Source: Squalus acanthias (lineage: Eukaryota). From it: a stretch of 64,000 bases of DNA. Location of the stretch: positions 150,662,001 to 150,726,000 of the forward strand of contig CM059432.1 in assembly GCA_030390025.1 (NCBI GenBank). The letters run 5' to 3'. Each line of letters opens with the position of its first letter. Position 1 is the first letter of the stretch. Below, in pieces: positions 11,562 through 26,232 of this stretch. The notes under the pieces are model-generated. The model had not been told where the DNA came from and did no database searches. It saw only the letters and a list, made by a program, of their open reading frames with translations. Made by a program: the position numbers and the translations under genes.

Positions 11562-13812
11562 CTTTAACTATCCCCGCTGGAAATGAGTCATCGATGATGT
11601 CATCAGACCCGCACCATTTAATAGGGTCAGGAAACACGCCTTAATAGGCGCCATTATCTGAAAGTCGCTCTGAAGAGCGGGTTGATCAGAACAACGTGGT
11701 TCCAACCCACCACGCGGCCCGCACGCAACCAACCAGACTCAAGGGAAAATTCCAGCCTTTGTTTTTTTTCTCACTAAGGAATGATGTATTGCATAGCACT
11801 GCTATAAGTAGTGAAGTTGTTCTGTAGTGGACAATGTCTAATAAGATTTTGTTATCATGTTCCCCTGCACACAGATGTATACAATTTTTTTTATACATAA
11901 AAGTGAAAGGAAGGTTTATTTTGCTTAAGAAATATACTGCACTATTATCTGTGAGGTGATCATCATTTTCATCATTGGCAACGGATGGATTAAAATCAAT
12001 GTGTGGTTTCTATAGGGAATTTATGTACTCAGCTTGTGCTGCACTCGTAATGGAAAACTACTGTTAGACAATAGTGGCTCAGAACCTTTAACTCTTGTCT
12101 ATAACAGGAATGGGCACATACTTCAGGGGTAAAGAAGTCAGATCCAATGGAGAAGGGCTAAGTATATAAAAACAAGATAAGACCCAAGGACTGTGCAAGA
12201 AACAGACTTTGGAACTAAAATTGACTGGTTTGGCAAAGGAGAAGACCTAATATTCATGAGGAACTAAGGCACATCATAATAATCAATGTTAATGAAAAGT
12301 TTTACTATAAGTCTGTGAAGCCTGTAAGGGACAGTGGCAGACCCTATGAGGAGCTCAGAAGAAAAACTTCCATTTTCTCCGAAGCATTATTGAAAGTACT
12401 AAATCCTACACTTCAGGGAAATAGATCACCTTCTCCCTGCTGCTGTGGAGATGAGTTCTAATCACAGGAACAAAGAAACAGATGAAAAAAAGGCCACAGT
12501 CCATCCAGTTTGCCTTCTATCATCCTGGTAGGTCCATATTACAATAATGGGGTTGTTGATTAATCATGGGAATCAATTTCTATCAATTAGTCTACAACAG
12601 ACCTGGACACAAGGTGAGGAAAACCCCAGTGGTGGAAAGCTTTGGGAACCATAGGTCCAGCGTCACCTGTTCCTCCCAAGTATGCAACAGAATTTTGAGT
12701 GTTCCAACTCTAATTAACAGGAAAGGGCATGTTTCTAGCTTTATAAACATGTATTGCACTGTGGAATTAATAAAGTGCTACCTTCCCACAGAGCAAGACT
12801 TAAAAACAAGAACATCTACTTGTACATGTTTGTATAGCTCAAACAGCCAAATTTTACTGGGCCCAGCACGTGAAGACAAAGTAGGAATAATTTGTTGTTC
12901 TTTAATCATTGCTATCATGCAGACTCAAATGTGCCTTTGATGTACCAATGGAAAGAAACCACTACATTAATTCACATTAGTTCCTAGGCCCTAGGCAGCT
13001 ATATCCTAATGGCATTGCATTTAAACACTTAAACAGATTTGATTTGTTCTGATTAGGGTACTGCAAACAACATTAAAAACACCAGAAATCATTAGCTTTT
13101 TTTTAAAAAAAGTATAAAAGCTCACCCTGGACCATTGGAAAATTTAACTTTTCTAACTTCCCACTTAGGAACATAAGAACTGCTAAACCAAAAAAGCCCA
13201 AGGCCCATCTAGTTCTCCTTCTACCATCCTGGTAGTTGCATGTTACAACAACAACTGAGTGGCTGAGGCTAGAAATAAGGACAGACTTTTATATGCAGGG
13301 CTTGGTGACTAACATGACTGGTTTTCAGAGAGCAAAGTAGCTGCTGCTGAAGCTCTGTACTCCCAACTGGTGGAATCACCATTCGATAGGGTATCTCCAT
13401 GCTCTGGTTAAAATGGTGGAAATCAATTCACACATTTTATGGTGAGTTGTGCTGCTCGCATGCTACTTGTGAGGAGCTTGTTGTACCTTCCGCCTAGCAA
13501 GGGCTCCAACCTGCATCCCTCAGTTGTCTAATAACCAACTAGTGACTACACCCCTCCCTTGTGGGTATGGTGGGAGAGAGGTAAATGGAGTATTGTTGGG
13601 GTCAAACTGTCTCCAAGATGACACATCTCATGATGGAAGTTGTAAGTTTCATGGAACAGTTTGGCCCCAGCACAAGGGCATGAAACGGTTAAACTTTGAG
13701 GCACAGAAAAGGTACCAGTCATCAAAGTCTGCAGTTCTTGGAGAACACATTGATACTGGACAATGAAAGCTATGACTCATGATTAACTCTGAAAAGAACA
13801 TTGACATTGAAC

Positions 13813-14441
13813 TGTGAGGCCTTGAATCATGATTGTCCAGATGTAAATTTTTCCCATCGAAACCAATGCACTGAGTTTAACTGAAACAATGGGGGTCACG
13901 ATCAACTTCCTGACATGAATGGAAGACACACCAGTCCCGAGCAGACAATCAGCCAACCGCCCATCAACAGTAATAGAAATAACATTGTATATGCGTTACA
14001 GAGAGCGGGAGAGGAGATAAGGAGTTATCTTCGATCTCACAGCTCTGTATACCTCCGGTGATTGAATTACAGTTTGACGAGGTGTGAATATCAGACAGTT
14101 CAGCAAACCGACAACCGAAACTGGTTGGGGGAGGCCCAGCCATGGGGCCAGGTGACTAAAGAACTGTAAGACATCGACATATGGATTGCTGCAGTCAGGT
14201 GAAGGACGGGGGACCAGTCACCTCTAGATCCAAGGCCTACGATCAACATCGGTAACGACCAGCCACATGGGTGATTGTCAGTTTCAGTCAAATCTCTCAG
14301 GGGTTTTTGTCTGTGGTTTGTTGGTTTTAATAAACTGAGAGTTTTGGGTTGAGCCTAAACCTTTGTGTCGTGTATATTTTGTTCCTGTAAATCCAGAGTC
14401 CAAGAATCCTTGTAAGGCATAAGGGAACTGAACACCTTACA
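13813..14441 (+). mobile_element. Possible solo LTR of an unrelated LTR element
   Basis: TGTGAGG...CCTTACA termini (6/7 inverted match). AATAAA at ~14329 is followed by a GT-rich tract. No TSD found. Confidence 0.4.
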
Positions 14442-14997
14442 AAGTCCAGAACCAAGGCAATTCTCTGGCAGACCCGCTAACTAGATGTTTCCAAGTCTAC
14501 AAGGCTCATACCTGAGCCAGAGCATTGTTGATGATTGACCAACCAGTCTGGCTCACTAATGATACAGCAGTCACAGGTGGCTGGGATTATTACCATTCAT
14601 CTACAAATAACCCTTTAAGCCAATACTCTAACAGTGGTTCTAGCTGGACAGCAGAAAATTTAACAGTACTCTCAGCTGGTTGGCTGCGCACATTTAGTTG
14701 GTTAAACACTGAAAGCACCCCAAGCACACTTGATTTCGATTGCTCAGTACCTTGAACTGGAGACTCAAACATGTCGGACACCCTGAATGACCACAAAAAC
14801 CAGAGCTGTTGGATGCTATCATTGCTTCGATACAATGGCATAGCTGGATCCTCCCTTTTCTATTAAACACAGGGTGCTGAGGCTAACTATAGCATCAGGC
14901 AACAAAGATCAGCTACCTCAGCACACTTTTATTTTACGTATATAAATGAAGAAACAGGGTTTAATTACACAAGTGACAAAGTCACAAGTATTATGAT

Positions 14998-15095
14998 ACA
15001 GCAGAAAATGCTGGAAACACTCAGCAGGTCAGTCAGCTTCTGTAGAGAGAATCGACAAGTTAATGTTTCAGATACAACCCTTCAAAAGAACTGGG
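14998..15095 (-). repeat. Penelope-like element 3' tail remnant
   Basis: Reverse complement resembles 52170-52280. Confidence 0.55.
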
Positions 15096-15349
15096 AGAAA
15101 AAAAAAGGGATGATGGCTATATCTGAAACATTGGCCTTCGGGATTCTGTGGTCAGCGGCGAAGGAACAGCATTCACTGGTCACGAAGCTGACAGCTGTCC
15201 ACAGAATTTTTGCGGGCTTTTGAGTGAAGACTTGCTGACATTGGGCATCTGATCCAGCGCGACGCACTCTACAGGGGATTGTGGCATGTGTGAGCAGGGA
15301 AAGCAACAGCATGGCTCTTCAACCAATCAGATTGAAGAATCCTCAGGAC

Positions 15350-18056
15350 ACAGGGGGGAATCTTTAACGTGGAGGAGCGCATGAGTTTGGGCGCAGGTTG
15401 GGGGGTGAAATCCTGGAAAAATGCGAGTGCATTAGGGAGCCAACTCCAACCCGCCAACTTCCAAATTTCACTCCAGCGCGTTAGGCGGGTTGTCAATTTC
15501 TATATGTTAATTGCTCAATTAGAGCGATATTGACGTGCGTTTTGCAATTTAACTTTGGATCCACTGGTTTCCCAGGCTTCCTGGAACTCGCCAGTGAAAG
15601 CAAGACAGGAAGACAGCGGCAATTGAGGGGGATGAAGACATGACAGGGAAATATGCCAATAAGTACTCAGTAGTTTTCTTACCTGCTTGTTTGAAAAGAT
15701 TTGTTCACAGTACTTGTGCCGAGAGGTTACTTTACACACTGTGGAGGCAATGTTCCTGTTAAGCTGCGCAGCAATCTGCAGGTCGTTATAATGGAAAAAA
15801 CCACGCATACACGGTAATTTGAATGGGCCGCGCGTCTCCTCAAAAGGGCCGTGCACCCCAAAAAAATTAACGGGAACATTGTTTGAAGGTGTCATCTACA
15901 CTTCGGAGGTCTGATCTACACTTTGGAGCTCTAATTGATCAGATCAGCATGGATGCCACTTACGCCGTGTTACTTTGGACCTCAGATGAGGATAAAGATG
16001 AGCACCAGGATCTGCACCAGCAACAGCCTGCTGCTCACAGACCTGCAGCTCCACAGGAGAAGGGAGCAGCAGAGAGGTGCAGCTCGCAGCAGGCCATACT
16101 GGGTCAGAGGATAAGCTTCCTCGACATGTCAGAACACCAGTGTCTCAGGAGGCTCAGGGTGTCACATCAGGCAGTGGCAGACATTTGCAGCCTGCTGGAA
16201 CAAGACCTGCTGCCAACTGGACCTGGTGGCCACCAATGGCTGTCAAAGTCACCACTGCCCTCAACTTTTTGGCCTCTGCATCCTTCCAGGGCTCTGCCGG
16301 AGTATTTGCAGGATCTCGCAGTTGGCGGCACACAAATGCATAAGACAGGTGACTTATGCTTGTTTGCCAGAGCAGACAATTATGTCAACTTCGCCTGCGA
16401 TGACACCAGTCACAATGAGTGGACGCTCGGGTTTACGGCTCTGGCTGGCTTCCCACAGGTGCAGGGAGTCATCGACTGCACAGGTGGCAATTACGTCATC
16501 CATAGATCACCCAGGAGTGTTTGTCAACCGTAAGGGCTTCCACTCCATCAATGTGCAGCTGGTGTGCAACCACAAAAAGATCTTTATGCAGCTGTATGCA
16601 AGATTCCCGGGCAGCTGCCATGATGCTTTCGCCCTGCAGCAGTCTATCCTCCCTGATCTCTTCACACCTTGAAGCAGAGTTACCGGCTGGCTGCTGATTG
16701 GAGACCAGGGATACCCACTTAAAATGTAGCTGATGAAACCTCTCAGAAACCCAAGGAATGAAGCCTAGGAACGATACAATGAATGCCATATGACCACCAG
16801 ATGTGTCATCGAACAAGCCATCGGCCTACTGAAGATGCGCTTCAGGCGCCCTTCAATAAGCACCAGCCAGGGTCTCCAGAATGATCGTGGTGTGCTGCGC
16901 TCTGCACAACATTGCACAGCAGTGAGGTTTGGGCCTGCAAGAGGAACAAGACGCAGAGCAAATAGCCTCTTTGGACGATTCCGAGGAGGAGGAAGACGGG
17001 GAGGCGGAAGGTGATGCGGGCAATGCACCACCAGTGGCGCACATTGCTGCTGTTTGAAGTTATCATTATGCACATGATCATATTTCATTCGCTGTTGACA
17101 TTAAGTCAACATGAGTGAGTGGTGCATGCCATGTGGCTGTCTGACATTTAACTCCATCACCAGGTGGCTGGGAGGCCTGCATCTCCGATGGCTAGGCACG
17201 CCGAGACTCCACTGATTTCCAGGGGCTGCGCCTCTACAGTTGTTAGCTGTGAGCCAACTCTGGTTCTCTGCCTCTCCGCCTCTCCCTCATGCCATTACTC
17301 TCAAGAGAGCACAGAGCATGTGTTGACGGATGGATGGAGAGAATTTGTTGAGGGTGACTATGAGGGAGAGGCATGAAATTGCATAAGGATGAGTGTCAGT
17401 GGTGGATGGATAGATGGGAATGTGAGGAAGTGCACAGACGGAGAGGGATGGGTGTATCTGCAAGGTAAGTTGGTGTGAGGAGTGATTTGCTGGAGTAGGC
17501 TTGAGAAGGCAGAGTGAGGGGGTTGGGGTGATGCACACATCAGGATGTAGGTGAATGGGCCATTGTTTTCACCATGCCTGCCCTGCTTAAGTAATTGAGC
17601 TGCTTCCTGCATTGGATCCAGGAGTGTAGCACCACACTCCTGCTGCTGACCTCTTGTGCCACCTCCGACCACGCCTTCTTGGTGTTCCCCGCCGGCTTCT
17701 TCCTCCCACTGCTAGGAATCAGTATATCCCTCCAGGTCCTCTCAGAACATCCAGGGAGGTGCCGCTGAAGCGAGGCGCAGCCTTTGACCTTCTACAGCAA
17801 CACTTCTTTCTCTCTCCTTCCCACCTCCAACTGCTTCAACTTGCATGATTGGAGTGTCCCTTTAAATATTGGAATTGAAATCACGTCATGCAGATCGTCA
17901 TCATGCCCGCTAACGCTAATCGGTTGGGAAACCCGGGAAATCATGCTAATGCAGTGGCCACTGACAGACGCACTTCACATATTTCCAGATTTCCCACACA
18001 CAAGCGCACCTCCCCCCCCACTACTGCCAGCATGTCTGCACATTAAAATCCAGCCC
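15350..18056 (+). mobile_element. Decayed PIF/Harbinger transposon (nuclease pseudogene ~15950-17080, Myb-like remnant on - strand ~17500-17800)
   Basis: GFPQVQGVIDCT, FVNRKGFHSINVQLVC, ARFPGSCHDAF and [17 protein letters not shown] occur across several frames. TIR-like end taaaatccagccc. Confidence 0.85.
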
Positions 18057-18815
18057 AGAGTCTAAACCAGGCAGTATAAACCAGGAAACATAAATTAGAT
18101 ATAAACCATGTACAGAAGCGAAATAAAGATTGAGAAAGAAAGATGGGATTAAAAGAGAGAGATAAGAGACAGACAGAAAATGTAAAACAAATTCACCAAC
18201 ACTAATCAAATTCTGAAGGAATGAGACTCCACACTTGTAAAATTTAATTTTCAGGGCCAGAAAGGTTACTTAGCAGTAATTAGGACTTATCACACCATTA
18301 AAAATTCACTTACACCTGAATGCACCAGCCCTAACTTTTTCTGCCATGTTTAGTAGGTAACTAGTGGGTAAGTACTGCAACTACGTTGATTTCAAATGCC
18401 GAGTCTATCAGCGAGGTACTGTTATAGCGCGCCCTGCGGAGGAGCAGGGAAACACAGACCGCAACTTCCTGATTTCCGCATTTAACTGCGCATGTGCATA
18501 CTCTGGAAGTTGCTATCCGATTTACTCCATAAAAATGGTGAGTGCTGTTAGCCTCACCGTTATTCTCAATGCAAAATCCGGGCTATTAACTTGTCCATTC
18601 TCTTCACAGATGCTGACTGACCTGCTGAGTGTTTCCAATATTCCTTGATTATGTTTCAGATTTCCAGCATGTGCTGTTTTTTATTTGAGTATTATAACGT
18701 TGGATTGATGCATTATGGAAAATAAAGAACACTGGGATGGCCGAACAGTGTCCCCTGATCTGCATGTGGCTCGTCTGTGGATGAAGTGCACGCTTACCTG
18801 AGTTACACGCTTACA

Positions 18816-19230
18816 TGGGTTCATGTCCCACTCCAGAGACTTGAGCACAAAATCTAGGCTGACACTTCAGTGCAATAATGAGGGAATGCTACACTTTCGG
18901 AGGTGCCATCTTTCGAATGAGACGTTAAACCGAGGCCTCATCTGCCCTCTGAGGTGGACGTAAAAGATCCCATGCACTATTTTGAAGAGGAGCTGGGGAG
19001 TTATCCCCGGTGTCCTTACCTTTATTTATCCCTCAACCAAAATCACTGAAACAGATTATCTGGTCATAATTACATTGCTGTTTGTGGGACCTTGCGGCAC
19101 GCAAATTGGCTACTGCATTTCCTACATTACAACAGTGGCTACACTTCAAAAGTACTTAATTGGCTGTAAAGCACTTTGGGACATCCAGAGGTCATGAAAG
19201 TCACGATATCAATGCAAGTCTGTCTTTCTT
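18816..19230 (+). mobile_element. DeuSINE (SacSINE1-like), 5'-truncated
   Basis: Deu core ggaggtgccatctttcgaatgagacgttaaaccgaggc and tail aatgcaagtctgtctttct, colinear with 26233-26688. Confidence 0.85.
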
Positions 19231-20344
19231 CATCTTTTCTTTGAATGCTTTGCTTAGCAAATACTTATGACTATGTCCCAAACTGAAAAGTGCAGAGAAA
19301 CAAAGGATACAATCAGTCACAACAAAACAGGCAGACTGTAACAGAAGATTTGAGCAGAGCTAGTGGGAGTGCAGCACAGTTTGCTCAGAAGAGAACTGCT
19401 GCAGCAGTGCACAGCTTTTAAAAATGCAGGTAAAAGTCAGCATGTGGAAAACCCGAAGCATAGAATGCAGAAAGGCTGTGCGGGGGGCAGAGCCAGCCAG
19501 TGCACGTGTCTGGTGTGTAGTGTGCAGGAGAGAGACAAATATCAGATACAACAAAGCAAAAAAGGCAAATCTTCAGAGCAGGAGTGAAATTCATAAAACG
19601 CTCTCTGCTGGTGACTCCCAGCTCTCACCACAGGGTTAGAAAACAGACCTTCACTTAGGAACCTAAGCCAGAGAACGAGGAGGAGAAAAGGGAGAGCCTC
19701 AAGAATAGTCCAGATAGATAGAATCTGAGGCCAGACCAACAGCAGAGGGAAAAAACACTTAAGATCAAGGAAGCAAACCTAAATATTCCTGCTAGAATGT
19801 ATCTAGGTTCAACAAGGATGTTGATAACAGGCATGGTCATTAAGCCATTGGACTGTAGACACAGCATTGGGATAGACCTGAAGGCATAATTGGGATGGGT
19901 GGAGGTCTGGAACTAAAGCAAAAATACTATAAAACTTCTGGTTCTTTGTCTGCATACAATTTATTTTTTCTGGTTCATGAGATTTGAAAGGTTGGCCACA
20001 CCACCATAATGTCATCCAGGGTCTATGATCTCTGTGCAACAGGCTGTAGTCTGTAGAAATGAACAACATTGTCAAATGATCCTTTGAAGAAAACTGATTT
20101 ATTACCAAGCCTGAAAATGTATTGTTCCAATTGCCACCCCGTTACTTCAAAAAGTATGAAAAATGTGGTCTATATTACTATTTTATTGGCAAACTAAATA
20201 TAGCAGACACCCAGCGTGCTCCACTGATGCAATGTAATCGAAGCATTTTAAGAAATTTCCTTTTAACCAAATGGCACATCAATAGAGAAATATTCAAATA
20301 CTATGACTTTTATGTCCATCTGAGTAGGCAGATGTGGCTCCAAT

Positions 20345-20830
20345 TTACTGTCTCATCCATAAGACGTTACCTCTGACAATGCAAGTGTCCGCCTAGATTA
20401 TGTGGTCTTGGCTGACACTTCAGTGCCGCACTGATGGAAGGCTGCATTGTTGGAGGCGCCATCTTTCAGGCGAAATGTTAAATTGGTGCCTGTTCAGGGT
20501 GACACTATTTGAAGAGGAGCAGAAAGTTCTCAGTTGAGGGAAGAATGCTGGCTAAGACACTAAGGCCATCAAAACAGAAATTGCTGGGAACGCTTAGCAG
20601 GTTAGACAGCATCTATAGCAAGAAAAGAGGAAGTGAGGTGTCACATGTGGACCCTTTGTCTGAACCAAAACAGAGTATCTGGTCATTCATTCATTTGCTG
20701 TTTGAGACCTTGCTATGCACAAATTGGCTGCATGATTTCCTGACAACAGTGGCTAGATGTCAAAAGTAACATATTGGTTGTAAAGTGTTTCAGGATGCCC
20801 TGAGGCACTATATAAACGCACGTTCTTTCT
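20345..20830. mobile_element. Rearranged DeuSINE fragments with an embedded PLE tail remnant (~20570-20670, -)
   Basis: Pieces match 26233-26688 in both orientations. Confidence 0.6.
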
Positions 20831-21489
20831 GTAATTATTCATATTATTTGATTATTAAATTACTTTGTTCTCAGTTACAAGTGATGTAAAAGTTACTCAC
20901 ATTGCTTTTTACCATTAAACAATGTCATCAATTTTTTTTCCAAAATAAAAATGGATTTTCCAGTTAAATTTATGGTTTAAGTCCTGCCAGATGCAAGATC
21001 TGCTGATAGCACCAAAAACATAATAATTCGGGCAAACACGGGTTTATGCTATTTGTAAGGATTTTAATTACTGGTGCATTGGAACTCCAAGAGCTTATGA
21101 ACTTCCCAAATTATGCTCTTCTGCTCAATGAACCAATCATATAAGCAGACCTAGATTAATTATTTCCTCTGCCACAATATCACTGCCATTTTGTGCCACA
21201 TAGCTTTTCCCAGTTTACATTCCAGGACTTCGAATAGAGGGCAAACATTATTTTCTCCTCGGACGGAGACCACAGTAGCTCAATATTAAAGTAGTTCCAT
21301 TTACATTGCAGAAGAAAACAACTACATAGAGGTTTAGCTTTTACAGAAATAGTATTTCTTTTTGTTAAAATCTGAACCCCTCCACCCTCACGATTCCCCT
21401 ATAATTGATCCTACTGGGCGTTTCTCCAATTTTTAGTATAAAAGATGTACAAACCAAATCATTCTAGAGAGTTTATAGGTGTGCTTAAT

Positions 21490-24258
21490 AACATAAAAAA
21501 ATAGGATCAGGAATAGGCCACTTGGCCCCTCGAGCCTGCTCCGCCATTCAATAAGATCATGGCTGATCTTGGGCTCAAAGCCACTTCCCCACAACCCTTC
21601 ACTCCCTTATCTTGCAAAAATCTGTCTATCTCCACCTTAAATGTATTTACTGACCCAGCCTCCACAGCTCTCTGAGGCAGAGAATTCCACAGATTTACGA
21701 CCCTCAGAGAAGAAATTCCTCCTCATCTCAGTTCTAAAAGGGTGACCCTTTATTCTAAAACTGTGCCCCCGAGTTCTAGATTTCCCCACGAGGGGAAACA
21801 TCCTCTCTGCATTTACCTTGTCGAGCCCCCTCAGTATCTTATATGTTTCAATAAGATCACCTCTCATTCTTCTGAATTCCAGTGAGTATAGGCCCAGCCT
21901 GCTCAACCTTTCCTCATAAGTCAATCCCCTCATCTCTGGAATTAACCTATTGAATCATCTCTGAACTGCCTCCAATGCAAGTATATCCTTCCTTAAATAA
22001 GGAGACCAAAACTGTATGCAGTCAAGGTGTGGTCTCACCAATACCCTGCACAGTTGTAGCAGGACTTCCTTGTTTTTATACTCCAACCCCCTTGAAATAA
22101 AGGCCAACATTCCATTTCCCTTTTTGATTACTTGCTGTACCTGCATGCTAACTTTGTGTGTTTCATGCACAAGGACCCCCAGGTCCCTCTGAACTGTAGC
22201 ATTTTTTAATCTCTCTCCATTTAAACAATAATTTGCTTTTTTATCTTACCTGCCAAAGTGTATAACCTCGCACTTTCCCACATTATACTCCATCTGCCAA
22301 ATGTTTGCCCACTCACCTAGCCTGTCTATATCCCTTTGCAGATTCTTTGAGTCCTCTGCACAACTTGCTTTCCCACCCATCTTTGTATCATCCGCAAACT
22401 TGGCTACATTAATAACTTGGATGAAGGGACCGAGTGTAATGTAAATTGTAAATAGTTGAGGCCCCAGCACCGATCCCTGTGGCACCCCACTAGTTACCGT
22501 TTGCCAACTGGAAAATGACCCATTTATCCCGACTCTCTGCTTTCTGTTAGTTAGCCAATTCTCTATCCATGCTAATATATTACCCCCAGTTCCGTGAGCT
22601 CTTATCTTATGCAGTAACCTTTTATGTGGCACCTTAGCGAATGCCTTCTGGAAATCCAAATACACCACATCTACTGGTTCACCTTTGTCCACCCTGCTCA
22701 TTACATCCTCAAAGAACTCCAGCAAATTTGTTAAACAGGATTTCCCTTTCATAAAACCATGCTGACTCTGCCTGACTGCATTATGATTTTCCAAATGCCC
22801 TGCTACTGCTTCCTTAATGAAGGACTCCAGCATTTTCCCAATGACAGATGTTAGGCTAACTGGTCTATAGTTTCCTGCTTTCTGTCTCCCTCCTTTCTTA
22901 AATAGGGGTGCTACATTTGCGGTTTTCCAATCCACTGGGACCTCTCCAGAGTCCAGGGAATTTTGGTATATTGCAACCAATGCATCCACTATCTCTGCAG
23001 CCACTTCTTTTAAGACCCTGGGATGCAGGCCATCTGGTCCAGGGGGACTTGTCGTCTTTTAGTCCTATTATTTTACCAAGTACTATTTCCCTTGTGATAG
23101 TGATTGTCTTTAGTTCCCCCCTCCCTGTGGCCCCTTGATTATCCATTATTGGGATATTGTTAGTGTCTTCTACCGTGAAGACAGATACAAAATATTTGTT
23201 CAGAGTCTCTGCCATTTCCCCGTTCCCCATTATTAATTCCCCAGTCTCATCCTCTAAGAGACCAATGTTTCCTTTAGCTACCCTCTTCCTTTTTATATAC
23301 CTGTAGAAGCTCTTACTATCTGTTTTAATGTTTCTTGCCAGTTTTCTCTCATAATTCATCTTCTCTCTCTATTATTTTTTTAGTCATCCTTTGCAGGTTT
23401 TAAAAAAATTCCCAATCCTCTGGTCTCCCACCAATCTTGGCAACATTGTATGCCTTCGTTTTCAATTTGATACCATCCTTCACTTCTAGTTAGCCACGGA
23501 TGGTGTGCCCTTCTCTTAAAATCTTTCTTTCTCACTGGAATAGATTTTTGTTGAGAGTTATGAAATAACTCCTTCAATGTCCACCACTGCATTTCAACTG
23601 TCTTACCCTTTAATTTATGTTTCCAGTCTACTTTAGCCAGTTCTGCCCTCATGCCATTGTAATTGCCTTTGTTGAAGATCAGGACACTGGTTTGAGATAC
23701 AACTTTCTCACCCTCCAACTGAATTTGAAATTCAACCATGCTATGATCACTCTTTCCGAGAGGATTCTTTACTATGAGATCATTTATTAATTCTGTCTCA
23801 TTACACAGTACCAGATCCAAGATAGCCTGCTCCCTGGTTGGTTCCATTACATACTGTTCTAGGAAACCATCCCGGATGCACTCTTTGAACTCCTCCTCAA
23901 GACTACCATGGCCAATTTGATTTGTCCAATCAATATGGAGATTAAAATCACCCATGATTATTACCGTACCTTTTTTACAGGCCTCCATTATTTATTGATT
24001 TATACTCTGTCCAACAGTATTGCTACTGTTCGGGGGCCTGTAGACTACGCCCACCAGAGACTTTTTCCCCTTTATTATTTTTTATCTCCACCCAAACTGA
24101 TTCTCATCTTGATCTTCTGAGCCAATATCACTTCTCATCACTGCACTGATCCCATCCTTTACCAACAAAGCCACCCCACCTCCCTTTCCTTTCTGTCTGT
24201 CCTTCCGAATTGTCAGATACCCTGGAATATTCAGTTCCCAGCTCTGATCACCTTGCAA
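21490..24258 (-). mobile_element. CR1 LINE, most of ORF2 (APE endonuclease part and RT) with frameshifts
   Basis: ORFs 23380-23988 (IIMGDFN, LGKSDH), 22246-23004 (NYRPVSLTS, GVPQGSVLGP, FADD) and 21637-21933. Confidence 0.95.
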
Positions 24259-24379
24259 TGCAAGGATAATTTATGAAATCTGTAAAAAAAAATAAAAAAA
24301 TTCCAGACACACTCATTTTGGCTCAGGAATTTATTATACAGGTAAATATTATCGCAGCATGTGTTATGAAAGAACTCAA

Positions 24380-25420
24380 AAAAGTGTACAAGATTCTTGG
24401 ATCAGATGAACTACATCCCCACAATTGTTAAGAAAATGAGAAGAATTAAATAAGATCATGGTAAAGATTTTATATAAATATACAATAGTCTGGAGCTCTA
24501 TCTGAAAACTGCAAACTTTATCTCTATTCAAAAGAGTAAGGAATGATGGAATTCTAGACCAGCGAGCCTCACATCTGTAGTAGATGAAAAGCTTCAGAGC
24601 ATTACACGGATGCTATCAATGCTCATCTAAAGAGTACATAAGTTATAGGGGCAGTTGACAGAGGCAATAGGCCATTCCTCAATAATCAGCTGCAATTCTT
24701 TGAGAGGATAAATAAGCTAATAATTCAGTGTTACTCAATAGATATACATTTACTTGGATTTTTGGAAACCATTTGATGAAATCCCACATCTGATACTTTT
24801 GAAGAAAATTAAGGCTGATGGAAATTAGATAACTAGATTGAAAATAGATGGTGATAAATGGAAAACAGAAGCTCTCAGGGTGGGGGGAGAGAGAGAGACT
24901 TGCAGAGTTCCACCAGTGTCTGTTCCAGTTCCTTGGTGTTACTGTTATGTACAAAAGATTTGGAGGAGAGTACTACTTTTACATAAAATTCACTGATTGC
25001 GCCAAGCTATTTTTGCCTGGTGGCAAAAATAAGGAGGATAAACAGTGTTCAAAAAGGTCTGGAACAATTAGCAAAAGAAAGAATTCAAAAAGTGTATGGG
25101 ATAAGGAACAGCAAATGAATCGAATGCCAATAAGCGCAAGGTAATACATAGTGGAACAACAAATACAAAACATGCATGTTCATTGATGAAGAAGGAAAGG
25201 GACAGGAATTAGGTATGATTACTGACCATGTAATGGTCCCAGTCAATGTGCAGTTGTCAACAAGGTTCATCATGTATAGAAATGGATTTCAATGGTATAA
25301 GTTGAAACAAGTTATTCTAACCTTGTTTTGGACATTGGTGAAGCTCCATTTGGAAAACTATGTGCAATTCTGGGCATCCTACTCCAAAACTGCATCACAC
25401 TGGAGAGGTAAAGATTAACA
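24380..25420 (+). mobile_element. Old, highly decayed CR1-like LINE fragment
   Basis: Degraded RT motifs (RPASLTS-like, ...LVKLHLENYVQFW). Confidence 0.55.
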
Positions 25421-26232
25421 AGAATGATTCTGCATAACTGTTTCTCAGGAGATTTAACAAGCAGGGTCAAGTCCATTATAGGGTACATGGTCTGTAGAAG
25501 GCATGGGCTCAAGTCAAAGGCCTTTTCTCATTCCAAGCTTTCTTATTTTCAGAGCTGGATCAAAAAGATGAAGCTGCACATAATCGGAAAGAGTCAAAAG
25601 CTCTGTTTGTGTAGGTGCGGTCACCACTCTCCCAGTAACCTAGCAATTTAATAAGATTGAATATGTTCATTTACTGGCTGAAATTTTGGAACTACTTGCT
25701 ACAGCTGAAGACAGCCTTTACCCTGAACCTGCTGTCACATTAACATGAGAAACAACCATCTTGTACATCTCCCTCCAAACACATTGATCACTCAGCCACT
25801 GGCTCAAAGTATTATTATAAAAAGCTTTTATCACACCACTGTGGGGATAAAGCACACAACTGCCAACAGCACTGGACGGCCTCTATAAATGCTTGATACC
25901 ATCCACATTACAGGAATGGGACAAGGTTTACTCCCTGGCCATCAAATAATTATTTCAAAGCTCACAATTTGCCCACATCATTCTTGCTAACAAGCCTGTG
26001 CAAAATATCACTGTCACATGGGATGTCCCCCAAGGCGTTTGAAAGCTGGGTTTATATGGATGTCCAAAAGCCAGTGACAGAAGGGATTCGCAATATTTCG
26101 CAGTCAGCTTATCAGTCTCTTGAAGACACTGCAGATATAAATAACAGCAATGAAACCCTACCATCCCTAGCCGGAAGGAAATAGAATGAGCACTTCTCAC
26201 AATCTGTTGCAGGTTAGAGCTTGGATGATCCA

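Larger units (their letters stand above)
7100..11757. mobile_element. Decayed PIF/Harbinger transposon with DDE nuclease remnant (+, ~7190-7660) and convergent Myb/SANT gene (-, ~8000-9641), interrupted by a Penelope-like element
   Basis: [17 protein letters not shown]...[17 protein letters not shown] is the HARBI1-like motif. FSDGSLHILVEGV...AWLQIAKEVN...WVQCRKRFNDL is Myb/SANT-like. TIR-like end ggaaaattccagcc at ~11757; left boundary approximate. Confidence 0.8.

Noticed and set aside
15883..16672. Domesticated HARBI1 host gene
   Set aside because: Multiple frameshifts and stops, and several similar decayed copies in the window, indicate transposon relics
25700..26230. Host coding exon in a unique-looking stretch
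   Set aside because: Faint GVPQG-like RT remnant suggests an ancient LINE; no sustained ORF
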